Below are positions 26,601 to 42,153 of a stretch of DNA of 64,000 bases, one piece after another (the first letter of the stretch is position 1; the number at the start of each line of letters is the position of its first letter). Source of the DNA: Rhina ancylostomus (Eukaryota); the NCBI GenBank assembly GCA_030265395.1, contig JARFYF010000029.1, positions 35,682,318-35,746,317 on the forward strand, read 5' to 3'. The position numbers were made by a program, and so were the translations under genes. The notes under the pieces are model-generated. The model had not been told where the DNA came from. It did not search any database and was given only the letters and a program-made list of their open reading frames with translations.

Positions 26601-29600
26601 TAAATCCCTTACATTCATTACAATATTCTTGTTAATTAAGTGAAGATTGAACAGAAAATCTTTAATGAGCATGCTTTACACCTAAGAGCTATGTATGTTT
26701 TTGGAAGGCCCTCAGAGTCCCATGATAAGCCAATAAAGTGGTTACTCATCAACATGATTATGCATCAAGTGATATATCTACAAAGTGTCCAAAATATTGT
26801 AGCATGGGTAGTGATTATAGTAGTGTTTATAGATGTGTCATTGAAGTTGCTTTTGAATGAGAGCTTCAGCAGTAAGGTAAAGTGACAAACTGCATACACA
26901 GGTCATCCCCAGGTTACAAGAGGGTTCCATTCCTGTAAATTGTTCATAATGAAAAAGTTTGCAAGTGGGAAATGTGGTCATGCACCATGTTCTCAGGCAG
27001 CAGAAGATGCCTGCAGCCTGCAGCAGCCGGCAAATCCATACCACCAGTTTCCCAGATGCTCATTGTATGTACAGGTCGTACATGAATCAGGCATTTGTAA
27101 CCTGGGAACAACCTCTATGTAAGTACCTTTCAGAAAGATCAGGGCAACCCAAAGCACCTCACTACTAAAACCATTTTTAAGCAAAGTCATTGTAATAATT
27201 TGAGAAAAGATGCCAGCCAATTTTGATATTTGACTTCACGACTCTGATTAAGATACTTAGTTTTGTGGATGACCAATTGTATGAGTTTTGACATTCAATT
27301 GGAACCTGAAAATAGTTTAAACCCTCACTCTTTTATCACTATTATTTGTTTTCTAATTGTTGACAGCAAATATGTGGGATATCTTTATGGGGATTGCATA
27401 GCTGAACATGTAAACTTTCTCGTCTCTGAAGATTGCTGAGTGTTACCGCTTGAACCAGCAGTGTTATATTGCCTGAATGCACCATAATGCATGCTCTTCT
27501 TAATTCTTCCAGTTGATGGCAATGTAACCCCTTTTTAAAAAACTGGGGGTAACTTTCACCTTTGTTGCTTGAGCAATGTACTAGTGGAGCAAATTGGCTG
27601 GCCTTGTAGAAACTGTGCATTTTGCTTTTCCTTCTGATTACAGTGGGATAGAAATTAGGAAGGTTTAACCCAGATGGACAATCTTCTCTGCCAATTTACT
27701 ATGGAAGCTGTAAAAAGATTATCTGAGGAAACGAGTACTCCCGCTCTTCTTGCTAGCCCCTGAGGTGGGACTGTAACTTTCCTCCACACTTTAAAAACCA
27801 ATAGATGGTGGAACAGCTTCAACAATTTGGTGGAAATAAGGTGGCATTGGGTCCTTGATTATGTTGGCATCTTGGCCACAACTTACTGGCTGGATTCTTT
27901 AGATTAGTGAATGGAAAATCAGCCAAAAAGTCATGTGCAAAGTGCAGTCATATGATATATAGGGAATCTCAATGCAATTTTGAAGTGGAATAAGTGGAGT
28001 CTGCAGTGCAGGTAGTCGATCCATTTCCACCCCTTGCAAAGACAGCACATTAACCAGAAAATGCTCAGTACTGTAACAGAGTGTCAGCCTGAAGCATTGA
28101 GCTTATGTGGGTGTGCAAAAGCAATTTAGTGTAACAGAACTTAAACCCATTTCATCAAAAGATACTGAATTATTACTCAGCATTAAGAGTTCAGTATTGG
28201 CATCAGTTAAAGAAGCCATGATAAACAAAACAAAACAGAAAAATATATAAATGAGGGATGAATTTGTGAACAGCAGAAAGAATTTACACTTCTTGCAAAA
28301 GCCTGCAAATTTTGAAAGAATCTTGTGTCAACTGGGAAATAGAACTGAATCTGGAACTTGAGAGCTCATGTGCTGTAATCTATTTGGTTGAGGATTAATC
28401 TACAGATTCCACTGGTTCAATATTATTCCAATAATAATAAATGACACTGGATGGCAGCTCACTGACTGTTATGCATGATAAACGCCAAAGAGCTATCAAA
28501 TGTTGCAGCTGGATTAAAATCGACATTCAAAGGTTCCCATCAATTATTCTGCCTAGAGCACACACATCACATTGTCTGATGACATTCTATACATTTTAAT
28601 TCTTTTTCACCATCACCTGTTTGATTATGACACACTGTCAATGAAGATTAAGGGAATCAGTTCAGGAGGTTCATTGATATTGTGTGGGGAACACTCTCAG
28701 ATGAGGGAATTAGATTCCAAGAGAAAGAATTAATTTAGTTCTGCAGCAGAGTGCGATGAAATCATAGAATCATGGACATACAGCATGGAAACAGTCCATT
28801 CAGCCATACTCGTCCACACTGACTGGTGGATAGCCTTCCACATAAACCCCATCATCCAGCACTTGGTGCTTAGCCTTCCATGTCTAAACAATTTAACTGT
28901 TCATCTAGACACTTCTTAAATGCTGTCAGTGACCCAGCTTCAACCATTCTCTCAGGCAATTCATTCCAGGTACTTACCACTTTCTGGGTGATGAAGATCC
29001 CCCTCATGTGCCCTCTGAATTTCTTCCCCCTAATCCTAAACTTGGCCTCTAGCTTTATTTACTTCTGATATGAGGAAATGTTTCCTGCAGTCTACCCTAT
29101 CTTTACCCCTCATAATTTTATATACCTCCATCATCTCCCCACTTAACCTCCTCCATTGCAAGGACAAAGGACCTAACTTCTCCAATCTCTCCTTATAACT
29201 GAATGGCTCCATCCCAGGCAACATCCTGAAGAATTTCCTCTGCACCCTCTTTAATGCTGTCACATCCTTCCTAATCTTTGGTGACCAGAATTGCATACAA
29301 TACGACAGCCAAGGTTTTATAAAGTTGAAGCATAACCTCCCTACTTATGTAGTCAGTGCACTGACAATTGAAGGCCAGCATCCCATATGTCTTCCTAACC
29401 ACATTGTCTACCTGCAATGCTGCCTTCAAGGATCTATGGTCTTCTACTCCAAAGCCCATCTGTTCCTCAGTACTCCCTAAAATCCAATTGTTCATGGTGT
29501 ATGCCGTAGTCTCATTAATAGTCTGAAAATGCATTACCAAACAGTAGTCTGGATTAAATTCTGCCATTTTTCATCTTATTTCAACAAAACATTCATAGCT

Positions 29601-32600
29601 CTCTGCAGCATAAAACTACGTTCCACACAATCAACCACTCCACCAACGTTTTACCATCACTCTCTGTTTTCTATTGCTAAATCAACTTTGCCAACTTTTT
29701 CTAGATCCCATGAGCTCTTACCTTTTGAACCAGCCTTCCATGGTGGACCTTGTCAAAGGCTTTACTGAAGTCCATGTAAATCACATATACTGCTTTGCCC
29801 TTATTGATAAACTTTGTAAAAGTGATATTTACATTTTAAACTGCCAGTTCCTAAAATCTTATTTGATTGTTATCAAGACTATTTAGTCATGCGCAAATAG
29901 GAAACAATTTGAGACAGGATCCTCTGGCAATATCAAATGCACCATATTAGTTGAATCCAAAAGATTCCAAGCACTGTTTTGCAAGTGAGGACAAGGGAAT
30001 TCTCCAGTGTTCTGGTCTATATCTATCTCTCTGTCAACATCACTAAAAGATGATTCTTTCATTCACTTACTGGATGAGGGCATCACTGACAATGCAAGCA
30101 GACACTGCCCATCTTTATTTACCCTTGAGAAGTTATTGATGAGCTGCTTTCCTGAAACATTACAGTCTGCGTTTTGTGCATTGGTGTCACTTTTAGGCCA
30201 TTTCAAAAACATGCTGTAGATTGAGAGTCAAGCTATATATAAGCCAGACCAAAGAAAGATTGTGGATTATCATTCCTAAAAGAACACCTCCTGGACAATG
30301 TGGGATCTTGCTGTGCGCAAATTGTCTATTGCATTTTCTGTATTTCAAAGGCATTTTCAAAGCGGTAAAACATTTTGGAATCTCCAATATAAAACATTTT
30401 TTAGAATCCAACAATAAGGACTCAATCTATTCATTAATATAAAATTAAATGCTTTTTTCTCTCGTTATTTGCAGCAGTAGTCATGCTCCTTGTGTACTAA
30501 TACCCCACAGAAAACAGGCTGAGGTTCATAGGTGTGTCACAAAGGGCAGGATGCTGGATGTCAAAGCCACTGATGTGACTCAAGGAATTACAGGAACTCA
30601 AATGAGCCCCAAAGACAACATAGAAAGCAGGAAGTGGGACGTGTCTCAAGATTACATATGCAATTTAGCCCAGGTTGATCTTAGACAAAATACACATTTG
30701 TAATCATTAGAAAAAATAAAATTGATGAATGCACATACTCCACTTCTGAATGCTCATCTGAGAACTCACATGCTTGATTTGCACATAACTTATCAAGAAG
30801 TATGTCAGGAAAGATGCAAATGAAAAACTATGCAATTCTCCAATGGGTCATAAGGAAAACAAGACTCCAAAGTTTCTGTACCACTCATAGCCTCTGTTTA
30901 TTGTTAAATATTGGATCAAAATTATCCTTTTTGAAATAAAATTGTTTTGATGAAGAAGGTGAGTTTCAACTCTTCAAGAAACAATGAATGAACACCTAAG
31001 AGCACCTGACAGTAGATAACGGTATAAGATACTCACGTTGGCATTCCTTACAGCATTTGCCTTCCACATAGACTGGAGCTTTACCTGGAGGACAATTCTC
31101 AGGGGGGCAGATCAGCCTCTTACACCACACTGTTCCATTCTGGGAAAATAATGCAATGTTATTTTAAGACGGTTTTTGTTAGCTGTCAACATTGCTGAAT
31201 TATTAACCACTAAAATAACTTATGGCTGATTGATATAGACCAAGCTTCCTGTAAATCTCTTGCATGTCAAGCTCCAAAGAACTGATGATATTACAACAAA
31301 AAAATATAGAATTGTGAAATCTAATTTAGAGAGTTTTGAACAACTTCTTCATGAAATTCTTTCTCATTTTAGATGAGCAGGAAATGGTTTTGTTTTATAC
31401 TTCAAAATAACTGTGTTACAATGCACATCATTCATGTGGATCTAAGGAGGACATTCAGGCCGTCAAGTCTGTGCCAGCTCACAGAGCAATCTCATTGTTC
31501 CATTTATTCTCATTGTCCCAGCAACTTAGTCTCTCTCAATCATGTCTATTAATACCTCACGAATCATCCCACCAGCCACCTAATACACCAGGGGTAATTT
31601 GCAGCAGCTAGTTACCTAACAACAAGCACATCTTTGGGATGTGGGAAGAAACAGGAGCACACAGGAGAACGCATATTGTCTGGGCAGAACAACTCCATTC
31701 AGACAGCACCAGAGATCAGGACTGATCCTGGTTTGCGTGAGCTATGAGACAGTTCCACTACCTGTTATACCAGTAGGCTGCCCATTCTTGATAAGAGCAC
31801 AAGAACAGAGGGGCAGGAAAAGGTGGCTTGGTCCCTGCACTGCCACTCACGGCTGATCTGTGCCAGGCCTCATCTGTGCCAGTTCTCCATGGCTCTCAAT
31901 TCCATGATCTTTCAAAAATTTATTTACTTCCTTTTGAAATAACTTCAATAATCTCGCCTTCACAACCTTCTGGAGCAGAGAATTCCAGAGATTCACCACC
32001 CTTTGCAAGAAGAATGTGCTAAATCTGGTTAAAATGTTGAAACTTCTCACCAGGAATTTGCTAGGAAGTGTATGTCCTCTGTTATTGCGCCTTTGGAGCA
32101 AGTTTACAGAAGAGCTTTAGGAATGATGTCATTGAGCTGGAAAGGGTGCAGGAAAGACTCACATGGATGTTACTGGGACTGGAGGGTTTGAGTTATAAAG
32201 AGAGGCTGGCCGATGGTGCTTTTTTCCCCTGGAGCGTAGGAGGCCGAGGGATGACCTTGTAGAGGGATATAATATCATATTGGGCACAGATAAGGTTAAT
32301 GGTTAGTCTTTTTCCCAGGGTAGAATCTCAAGCTAGGGGCTATAGGTTTAAGGTGAGAGGGGAAAGATTTTAAGGGGCAACTTTTTCACACAGAGTGGTG
32401 GGTATATGCAACAAGCTGCCAGAGGAAGTAGTAGAGGCGGGTACAATTACAACATTTAAAAGACATTTGGACAGGTACATGGATAGGAAAGGTGGTGAGA
32501 GATATGGGCCAAACACAGGCAAATAGCACCAGCTCAGGTAGGCAACTTGGTCAGCACGGCTGAGTTGGCCCGAAGGCCCTGTTTTCATGCTGTATAACTC

Positions 32601-35600
32601 TATGATTCTACAAGATTATATTCCTTGGTGCAAGAGGATATAATACGACAATCTTTGACTATGGTTTTGGCAGAATCTCTGGGGAAATATTGGCAACAAT
32701 TGCTTCTCTTGTACAAGATTCAAAGAAATGGAACTCAAGGCATGTTAAAAATGACCACTGATTTTGACGTGTGACCTAATATGCTTTAGATCTTCCCATA
32801 TTTTAGTTCCGGATTGCCTGGCCAATTGTGCATTGCAATGATCCTTTTGGTATTAAAAGATCATTTCCATATTGTTCACAGACAGATGTTTAATTGTTGC
32901 ATCTAAAATTAAATTTATTGATCACAAGATTAGCTTTTTTTCTGGTGTAATTTCCATTTGATGAGAGATTTCTGGTATCAGTACTCCTAGCAATATTAAA
33001 TACGAGGGAAAAAATAAAATGCTCTGAGCTGCACCCTCCAAATAAATTACAAGCTCTAACTTCAGTCTTTTTCACCACATGGAGCAGCTGGAAAAGCTGG
33101 ATGGCTAGATTTAAGCTGTATAAGCTCAAATGGCTAGATTTTGTTAGCAGAATATATGTTGCTTGCTGACTTGAGGGTTTTGAACTACTGCTGCGTTAAC
33201 TCCTCAGCAGAAATCTGCTGTTACTGAGTTGAACTCAGAGAAATAAATAGCTTGATTCTTGTTCTTGATGGTACAATCAGAAGCAGACTTCAGTAGATTG
33301 AAGCCCTTGTTTGAAGTCTCAGTTGACAGTGGCTCATGTTTCTTCACACCAAGGAGTCTAGAACTGGGGGCTCGCGGTCTCAGAAAAAGGGGTAGGCTCT
33401 TAGAGGAGGGGAAATTTCTTCTCTCAGTGGGTGAGTGATGAATTTTTGAAATTCTGCTTGGAGGGCTGTGGAAGCTCCGTTGCTGAGTTTATTTACAGCA
33501 AAGACCAATAAGAGAAATCAGGGGATGTGCAAAAACATGGCATTCAGATAGAAGATCAATCTTCAAGCTCTTCTCACAGTAACATTGATCTTTTGATGAA
33601 TATTAGAGCAGACATACTCCTGCTCCTGTTTCTTATGTTCTTATTTTGTTTTCTCTTATATCTCTGAAACAAGGTTCCCATAAATTGGCCTTGAGAATCA
33701 GATTTAAAGTACAGATAGCATACTGACCTGCTATGCATTAATACCCACTGACTCACCCTCTATTAGCCTCCCATATCCAATCAGTAACTATGAAATGTAC
33801 TCATTGACATTTGGAATGAGGTCATGAATGGCAACAAAGTCTACTGTCCAATTGTAATCAAATGTTGCATGATCCTGTCCCACCCTTTTCTAGGTTCGTA
33901 TCTTCTGCAACCTTCAGTCACCCTGCTCCAGCTTTTGTGTGTCATGGCTCACTTAACAGGTGACAAAACTTGCATTAACTCATCACCATTCTCTTCATCC
34001 AGCTCCTTGATGCTATTCATCTTTCTGACTTGTTCTTTACAAGATCCATAAAGCTTGCACCAAATCTCATTATCCAATTGTTAAGCAGAAATAACCGCTG
34101 ATGCTGGACTAGAATGAAGAGTTAAACAATGAAATAAAAACAGTAGGTGCTGGAAGTACTCTGCAGACCGGGTTGCATCAGTGCAGAGAGAAACAGACCT
34201 AACATTCCAAGTTGATAACCTTTCTGATTGACTTGAAATGATAACTCCACTGATGCTGCCTGATTTTCTGAGTATTTCCACTACTTTCTGTTTTTATTTC
34301 ATCATCCAGCCCTTTATTCCTCCCTCTCCCAGGCCTACCCACCCCACCCTCTCTCATCAGTCCTTCAATATAAAGCATCTTGAGCATTTTCAAAATCAAA
34401 GGTGCTCTGTAAAAGGTACCTGTTGTACCTTTATTCCCATTGGGAGAAGAGAATTTCCCCCTAAAACACTTACAATCCCCGTCCGATTCCTAATGCCTAA
34501 AGCAGTAATTCCACATCTACTCTTTGGAATGATAGAAAATGGAAAATATAGAACAAAGCAAGAATTGGCAATCTGATTTAGTAGGAGAGATGGAATTGAG
34601 AGGTACCTTGCAAGTGCAGTTCTTACAGCCATCTGTCCAGTACACTGACTCCCTGTAGACTCTGTCTTTCACCTTGCAACTCTTCTCACAGTAACACTGA
34701 TCCAAACTGTTCATCTTTTTCTCGGCATAAGATAACTGTGTATGGATTTACATATAGTAATTATGATGTTTTATAACTTTTATCTTTTGAACGAGTAATT
34801 ATGTGTTATGAGGGAAGCTAATTCCCGTGTTGCATAACATTTAAAATATCTTCTGTAAAGATGTCTTTCCTTTATAAATGCCTGTTGGTGCAATCATTTC
34901 CAGTTAATAATCCTTCTATTGACCTCATCTGCCGCAATTGTATGGATCATATTTAAAATATTGAAAGAAGGCACCATGAATACTACTGTAGAACAGATAG
35001 GATTTCCACACACCTGGCTCAGTGAAGAGCTTTCACAGCAGCTGATCACAGGATCTTGTTAGATCAAAGCATATCAGATCAGTTTATTGTCATATATACC
35101 AGGGTGCAATGAAATTCCTTGCTTGCATGAAGCTCACAGCGTTAACAATGATAATAAATACAACAGTAAATACAGCAATAAGTGTAAAACAACAGAATGG
35201 TGCAAAGGCAGTAGTGCAATCTGAAGGAGTGCAAGAAGAAATGCTAAAGTGACAATAACAGAATAACCAAGAGAGGTAGAATTAAGAGTCTGAGAATGTG
35301 GCAGCCACACTGGGAAGGGGATGTGAAAAAAGTGATTGGTTCAGAAGTCTGATAGCAGTAGGGATAAAGCTATTCTTGAGTCTGGTTGTCTGGGCTTTCA
35401 AGCTCCTGTATCTTCTCCCAGAAGGTAGAAGAAAAAAAATGGAATGACCAGGATGGCAGGTATCCTTGACATCCTTGGCCGGCATCATTCCCAAACTAGG
35501 CTTCAAAAATTGTTGCAACTCAGTTTCATGTAATCTTACAATTCTCATTTATAATTGAAACAATAAGTCTATTTTATTGAAGCCTGAGCAATGTAACTTA

Positions 35601-38600
35601 TGTCAGACATAAATGCTTATTACATGAGAATAAATTATTTCTCATTCCTGCCAAGAAATAAGGTTTGGCCTGGACAAGATGGACTTAGGAAAGGTAAGCC
35701 AGACTTCATAGAATCATTATAATTTGATATGAATGATTTCAAATGTAACTGCAGATAAACTATTTAACCAGGAAGATAATTGAATCATTTACCACAAGGA
35801 GTTGAAACCCAAAGGAAAGTGTTCATCATGTCATCACATAAGACCCAAAACGTGTTTGTTGTTTTATTAATTCATAATGTTTTTTGAATAAAGCATGGAA
35901 TATGCTCTTGTATTTCATTCTGCAAACACTACTGCAGTCCTAAGCAGAATTCATGTCATTACACCGATATTCAAATTAATTTATAGTGAACTGAGATTTC
36001 CCCCAATATCCTGGCTAATATTCCTCCTCAACCAAAACATTAAAAAATCCTTACAATTCATCTCATTTAATGTGGGAATCTTTTGCAAACCTTCCACCAT
36101 GCATGCATTTAACAGCAAGCATAAAACTCTTTAGGATGTCATAAAACTGCCGGAGGATGTATTGTCAATTATAGTTTTACCAATAATTGCAGAAATTAAT
36201 CATTTTCACCATTATTAAATATTCACCTTTGCTGAAGTTTTGGCTAAAATATCTTGGAGCTCCATTATCTTCTGCACAAGTCCATGGAAATCATTGCACG
36301 TTGGACAAGCTGAAATAAGACAACTGAAATGTTTAAAATGCGAAAGTGGAATTTCAAGAATTAGAGAAGAAAAAATACGAATGAAAATCAATACCTCAGG
36401 AGAACAGGAATGTAAAAATCATAAATAAAAGACAGAAATTAAGGACATATGTTATAGTTTCAACACTGTTGAAGGAGAAAAGTCAACTTTTCAGCTGACC
36501 AGCAAGTGATTATCAAATCTACTATTCAGACTATGTTGAAGTCTTTCAGAAATTGTACACTCACACTATTTTCCAATTCATAACTTATCTGCTTTTAAGA
36601 CGGTTTAAATTACTGAAATCTTCCAACCACAAATAAACAAGATTATGAAATACAGTATTTATTCCAAAACATAAGAGTGCATTTTACTGCCAAAGCCTTT
36701 CATAACCTTTCATTCCTGGCTTTAAAAACTATGCTACTAATGGATAAGCCATGATTGCCAGATTATTAGCATTACTAGTTTTGGTTCTGATTACCTCTTC
36801 CATACATCTATACATTTTCACATTTACATACACAGTTAATAGAATCATTAAACGTACTTCGATTGAGGTCTGGGCATTGAGTGATATATCCTTGTGGCAT
36901 CACCAGAATCTGCACATCCTGCATCACACCCTGTCGAGAAAGCAAGCCTCATAATTGGTCGTAAACACAGCAGACCCTTAACATAATCCTCTGTATCATA
37001 TATGTAAGGAATGTTTGCTTTTATTGCAAGAGGGAAGGGGTACAAAGTCTTGCTACAAGGTGGAAGGCTTTAGTGAGGTCACATCTACAGGACTACACAC
37101 AGGTTTGGTCTCCTTATGAGATAGATAGAGTTGAAAGGGTCTTTACTCTCCAGAATTTTGATGAATAGAAAGCAACCTTAATGAAAATAAGATCCTGAGG
37201 GGTCTTGACAGAGGATAGCAGATCATTGTTTAACATCACATTTCTACTTCTAGAAACTGTGACTTGAAGTGAAACAATACTAAATGGATCCTTTCTCTGG
37301 GCCAATGGCAGTGTCAGGAGATGGTAAGTGACTGGGTGGAGCAGTGGGTGACAATGATCTGAGAGTCTGAGGACATTGGAACCTACCTTTGTGAGTATCC
37401 CGTCTGGTGCTACACTCTGAGCTCAGAACAATGACTGAGCAGCTGAGCACTGTTGCCTAGTAAAACCACATGATGTACGTGATAACACAAGGATGAGATT
37501 AAACAATGATAAATGAACCCTGAGTCACTAGCAGTTTGCAACATAACAACAAAGTGATGATGAATGAAACAATGTTAAGTGAGGACTACCTGGAAGTGCT
37601 GTTTTCCTGGTGAAGGAGTCTAGAACTAAGGATAAAGGGATGCCCACGTAAGACTGAGATGAAACGTGAATCTCTGGAGTTGCCTACCTCAGAGAGCTGT
37701 AAATGCATACATTGTCATTACATACAATGCTGTCATTACATACATTCCAAGCTGACATAGGGGAATCAAGGGTTACAGGGATAAAGCAGAAAAGTGGAGT
37801 TTAGGCCTGTCATCAGATTTGCCATGATCTTACTGAGTGGTGGAGAAGGTTCTTGGGACAATGTGGCCCACTCCTGAAATTTCTTTTTTTGATTTACAGA
37901 GCTGCTCTTGGATTAGTCCTGCTTCTCTCATCTTGTACTAATCATCCTATATTTAACCCCAGAAGAGCAATGCATAATTATTTTAATCACTTTCAAGAAG
38001 GTCAAATCATCATCAGCTTAAGTAACTGAAACTTAAGTAATTAATAGGTCTTTATAGTGTGGGGTAGAAGCTATGGGTAAAGTTCAACATGAAGCCATCT
38101 ACTTTTCCAGTGTAACATCACTGTTAGACCTCTGAAGTTTGCCTCGTGATCTGCCACACCCAAACAGTGCCAGAAATGCGCTGTATCCCAAAGCAGGTGT
38201 CTGAAACCTTTCATGGGAAAGCTGGATTCCTGCAACATTTAACAGAATCTGAATGAGAAAATCAGATACAAATGTGCATGGTTTTAACTGCACATTTTCT
38301 ATCTATCAAGTGTTGAATGGCTTGATTAGGGATTTGTAAAGGATAACTGGAAACTGTTCAGAAAAGTGGTCATTTATTTTTCTGAACCCAGGTAAAACTG
38401 AATTCTTTGGTCTGACGTATCAACCCAACGCACAGTCATGGCTTTCCAATCCTACCCACCCTCAGTCAGATCACATTCCATGTTTCCAATCTGACTTGCT
38501 CAACATGAGGCCAAGCAGTTTCTGACTAACCCCAATCAGAGATGGAGGGTGATACATTTGGCACCATTTAAATGAAGCCTGGAGCTTAATTTGGTTCTGG

Positions 38601-41600
38601 CCACAGACCAAGAAGAACTAGCATTGCAAACAGTCATAGAGTCATAGAGTACTACAGCACAGAAGCAGGCCCTTCGGCCCACCTTAGTCCATGTCAACCT
38701 GATCTTCTGCCAAGTCCCATCTACCTGCACCTGGACCATCGCCCTCCAAACCATTCCCATCCATGTACCTATCCAAACTCCTCTTAAATGTTACAATTGA
38801 ACCTGCATCTACCACTTCCACTGGCTCGTTCCACACTCGCACCACCCTCTAAGTGAAGAAGTTCCCCTCAGATTCCCCTTATATATTTCACTTTTCACCC
38901 TAAACCTATGTCCTCTAGTTCTAGTCTCACCCAACCCTGGGGGAAAAAGCCTGTATGCATTCACCCGATCTATACCCCTCATAATTTTGTATACTTATAC
39001 AAGATCTCCCCTCATTCTCCTGTGCTCCAGGGAATAAAGTCCTAACCTATTTAACCTTCCCCTGTAACTCAGTCCTCAAGTGCTGGTAACATCCTTGTAA
39101 ATTTTCTCTGCACTCTTTCAAGCTTATTAATATCTTCCTATAGGTAGGTGACCAGAACTGCACACAATACTCCAGATTTGGCCTCACCAACATCTTGTAC
39201 AACTTCAACATAACATCCCAATTCCTGTACTCAATGCCCTGATTTATGATAGGGTCTCTTTATGACCCTATCTACCTGTGACACACTTCCAAGGAACTAT
39301 GGATCTGTATTCCCAGGTCCCTTTGTTCTAGCACACACCTCAGAGCCCTACTAGTTACTGTAGTCTTACCCTGGTTTGTCCTCCCAAAGTGCAACACCTC
39401 ACACTTGTCTGCATTAAATTCTATCTGCCATTTTTCAGCCCAATTTCCTAGCTGGTCAAGATCACGCTGCAAACTTTGATAGCCTTCCTTGATGTCCACT
39501 ACACCCCCAATCTTGGTGTCATCTGCAAATTTGCTGATTCAGTTTAGCAAATTTCATCTAAATCATTAATACAAATGATAAACAACAACAGAACCAGCAC
39601 CAATCCCTGTGGCACACCACTCGTCACAGGCCTCCAGTCAGAGAGACAACCATCTACTACCACTCTCTGGCTTCTCCTGCTAAGCCAATGTTGAATCCAA
39701 TTGNNNNNNNNNNNNNNNNNNNNNNNNNNNNNNNNNNNNNNNNNNNNNNNNNNNNNNNNNNNNNNNNNNNNNNNNNNNNNNNNNNNNNNNNNNNNNNNNN
39801 NNNNNNNNNNNNNNNNNNNNNNNNNNNNNNNNNNNNNNNNNNNNNNNNNNNNNNNNNNNNNNNNNNNNNNNNNNNNNNNNNNNNNNNNNNNNNNNNNNNN
39901 NNNNNNNNNNNNNNNNNNNNNNNNNNCTATCCAAATACTTGCCCCTTAGAATACCTTCCAATAATTTACCCATGACTAATGTCAGACTCACCAGCCTATA
40001 ATTTCCCAGCTTAGAGTCTTTCTTGAACAATGGAACAACATTAGCTATCCTCCAGTCGTCTGGCACCTCACCCGTGGCTAAGGATGTTTTAAATATCTCT
40101 GCCAGGGCCCCTGCAATTTCTGCACTAGCCTTCCACAAGGTCTGAGGGGACACCTTGTCTGGCACTGGGGATTTATCCACCCTCATTGCCTCAAGACAGC
40201 CATTACCTCCTCTTCCATAATCCCGATACAGTCCATGACCTCCCTGCTGTTTTGCCTCAGTTCTATAGTCTCAGTGTCTGTTTCCAGAGTAAATGCGGAT
40301 GCAAAAAATTCATTTAAGATCTTCCCCATCTCTTTCATCTCTTAAAGATGACCATGCTGATCTTCAAGAGGACCCATTTTGTCCCTTACTACCTTTTTGC
40401 TCTTAATATAGCTATAGAAACCCTTGGGATTCTCTTTCACCTTGTCTGCCAGAGTAATTTCACGTCCTCTTTTCGCCCTCCTGAATTCTCTCAAGTGTTC
40501 TCTTGCATTTCTTATACTCCTGAAGCACCTCATTTGATCCTAACTGCCTATACCTGATATATACTTCCCTCTTTTTCTTTACTAGGGCTTGAATATCCCT
40601 CGATAACCAATTCTATTGACTCTTTATTCATCTTACGATCAAGTCAACTTGCTTCCCCTGTGTTATAGCTCTGCAGTGGGGCAATGAAAGATATGGAAAG
40701 CATCATTAACTAAGTAAGAGTTTTCTAAGGATGCTCACATACATGCATAAAACCCCACTCCACACAGAGTCTCACACTGAAGAGTCCTACAGTAAGAAGG
40801 GATTGGCTCTGGAGATGTGCTCTCAGTTTTAAGGTGCTTGATTTCTACCAGATAAACCTTGGATGTACAATATTTGCATTTTTAATAGACTGTGAAACTC
40901 TCCAAAAACTAATGTGAATGGCTCCAAACATTATTAATGCCCTGAACTTTTGGATTTTTGAGGAATCTTGCACCCTTTTTGGGAAAGCCTGTTCACTTCT
41001 TCCTATGTTCAACATTCATTGTTAAAAAGAATTTCGTCACTGGTATCTTTCACCTTAAATTGCATAAATAAACAAAATAAATAAATATAGTCCAACTCTT
41101 ACTTCAAACTCTCTAATTTTACAATGTTGATTAAAATGCTGCTGAATTAAGAAATAGGATGAAAAATATCCTCTTTATTCAGACACCCAGAACAATGGTG
41201 TCAAATACAGCCCACGAAATTCCTATTTACTCATTAATGGCAAAGTAAAACAAAAGTCATCTCCATTCATGCTAATAAATGCTATCTAATGATTTGATTG
41301 TCAAGTGTTTGGAAGATGATCCTATTCATACAGATATCCATGCAAGTCCATAGCTCTGTCCTGAATTGTACAATTGCAGTGTAAGTGAAGAAGAGTCAAG
41401 CAATTAAATATAGTTGTGCTTGGCTGGAACATACAGTGTAAAAAGTAGCAATGTAAATGCAGCTTACTTTTCTGGCCTGTACGTCTGAAAAACCTTGCAA
41501 ATTATTGATGTTGGTTAGTTTGAGAGCAGGTAACAAAATGTTTCAACAGTTTTCAACAATCAAGTATCTAATATAAAAATATAATTCAAAACAAGGATTT

Positions 41601-42077
41601 ACATTTCCAAACAACAGAACCATAAATTAAAAATACTGCTGCAATAAATGAATTCCACAGTATGATATTCACTTACCTTGAAAAGGCCATGCACATTATT
41701 TCTTTGTCCTAACCAAAGTGTTGAGCCAGTTGGAATGTCCATACACGGCCTTTCAATAAGTCGTTCATAAATCCTGTGTATAGAAAACAAAGTGATAATT
41801 CCATAATGGAAGCTATTCATTCAATGGTTCTTGAATCCTACAGAAAATGAGAGACAAGAGAGTGAAGATTATTGTTCATTAAGAGTGTATTTTTGCCTTG
41901 ATNNNNNNNNNNNNNNNNNNNNNNNNNNNNNNNNNNNNNNNNNNNNNNNNNNNNNNNNNNNNNNNNNNNNNNNNNNNNNNNNNNNNNNNNNNNNNNNNNN
42001 NNNNNNNNNNNNNNNNNNNNNNNNNNNNNNNNNNNNNNNNNNNNNNNNNNNNNNNNNNNNNNNNNNNNNNNNNNNNN

Positions 42078-42153
<76 letters not shown>

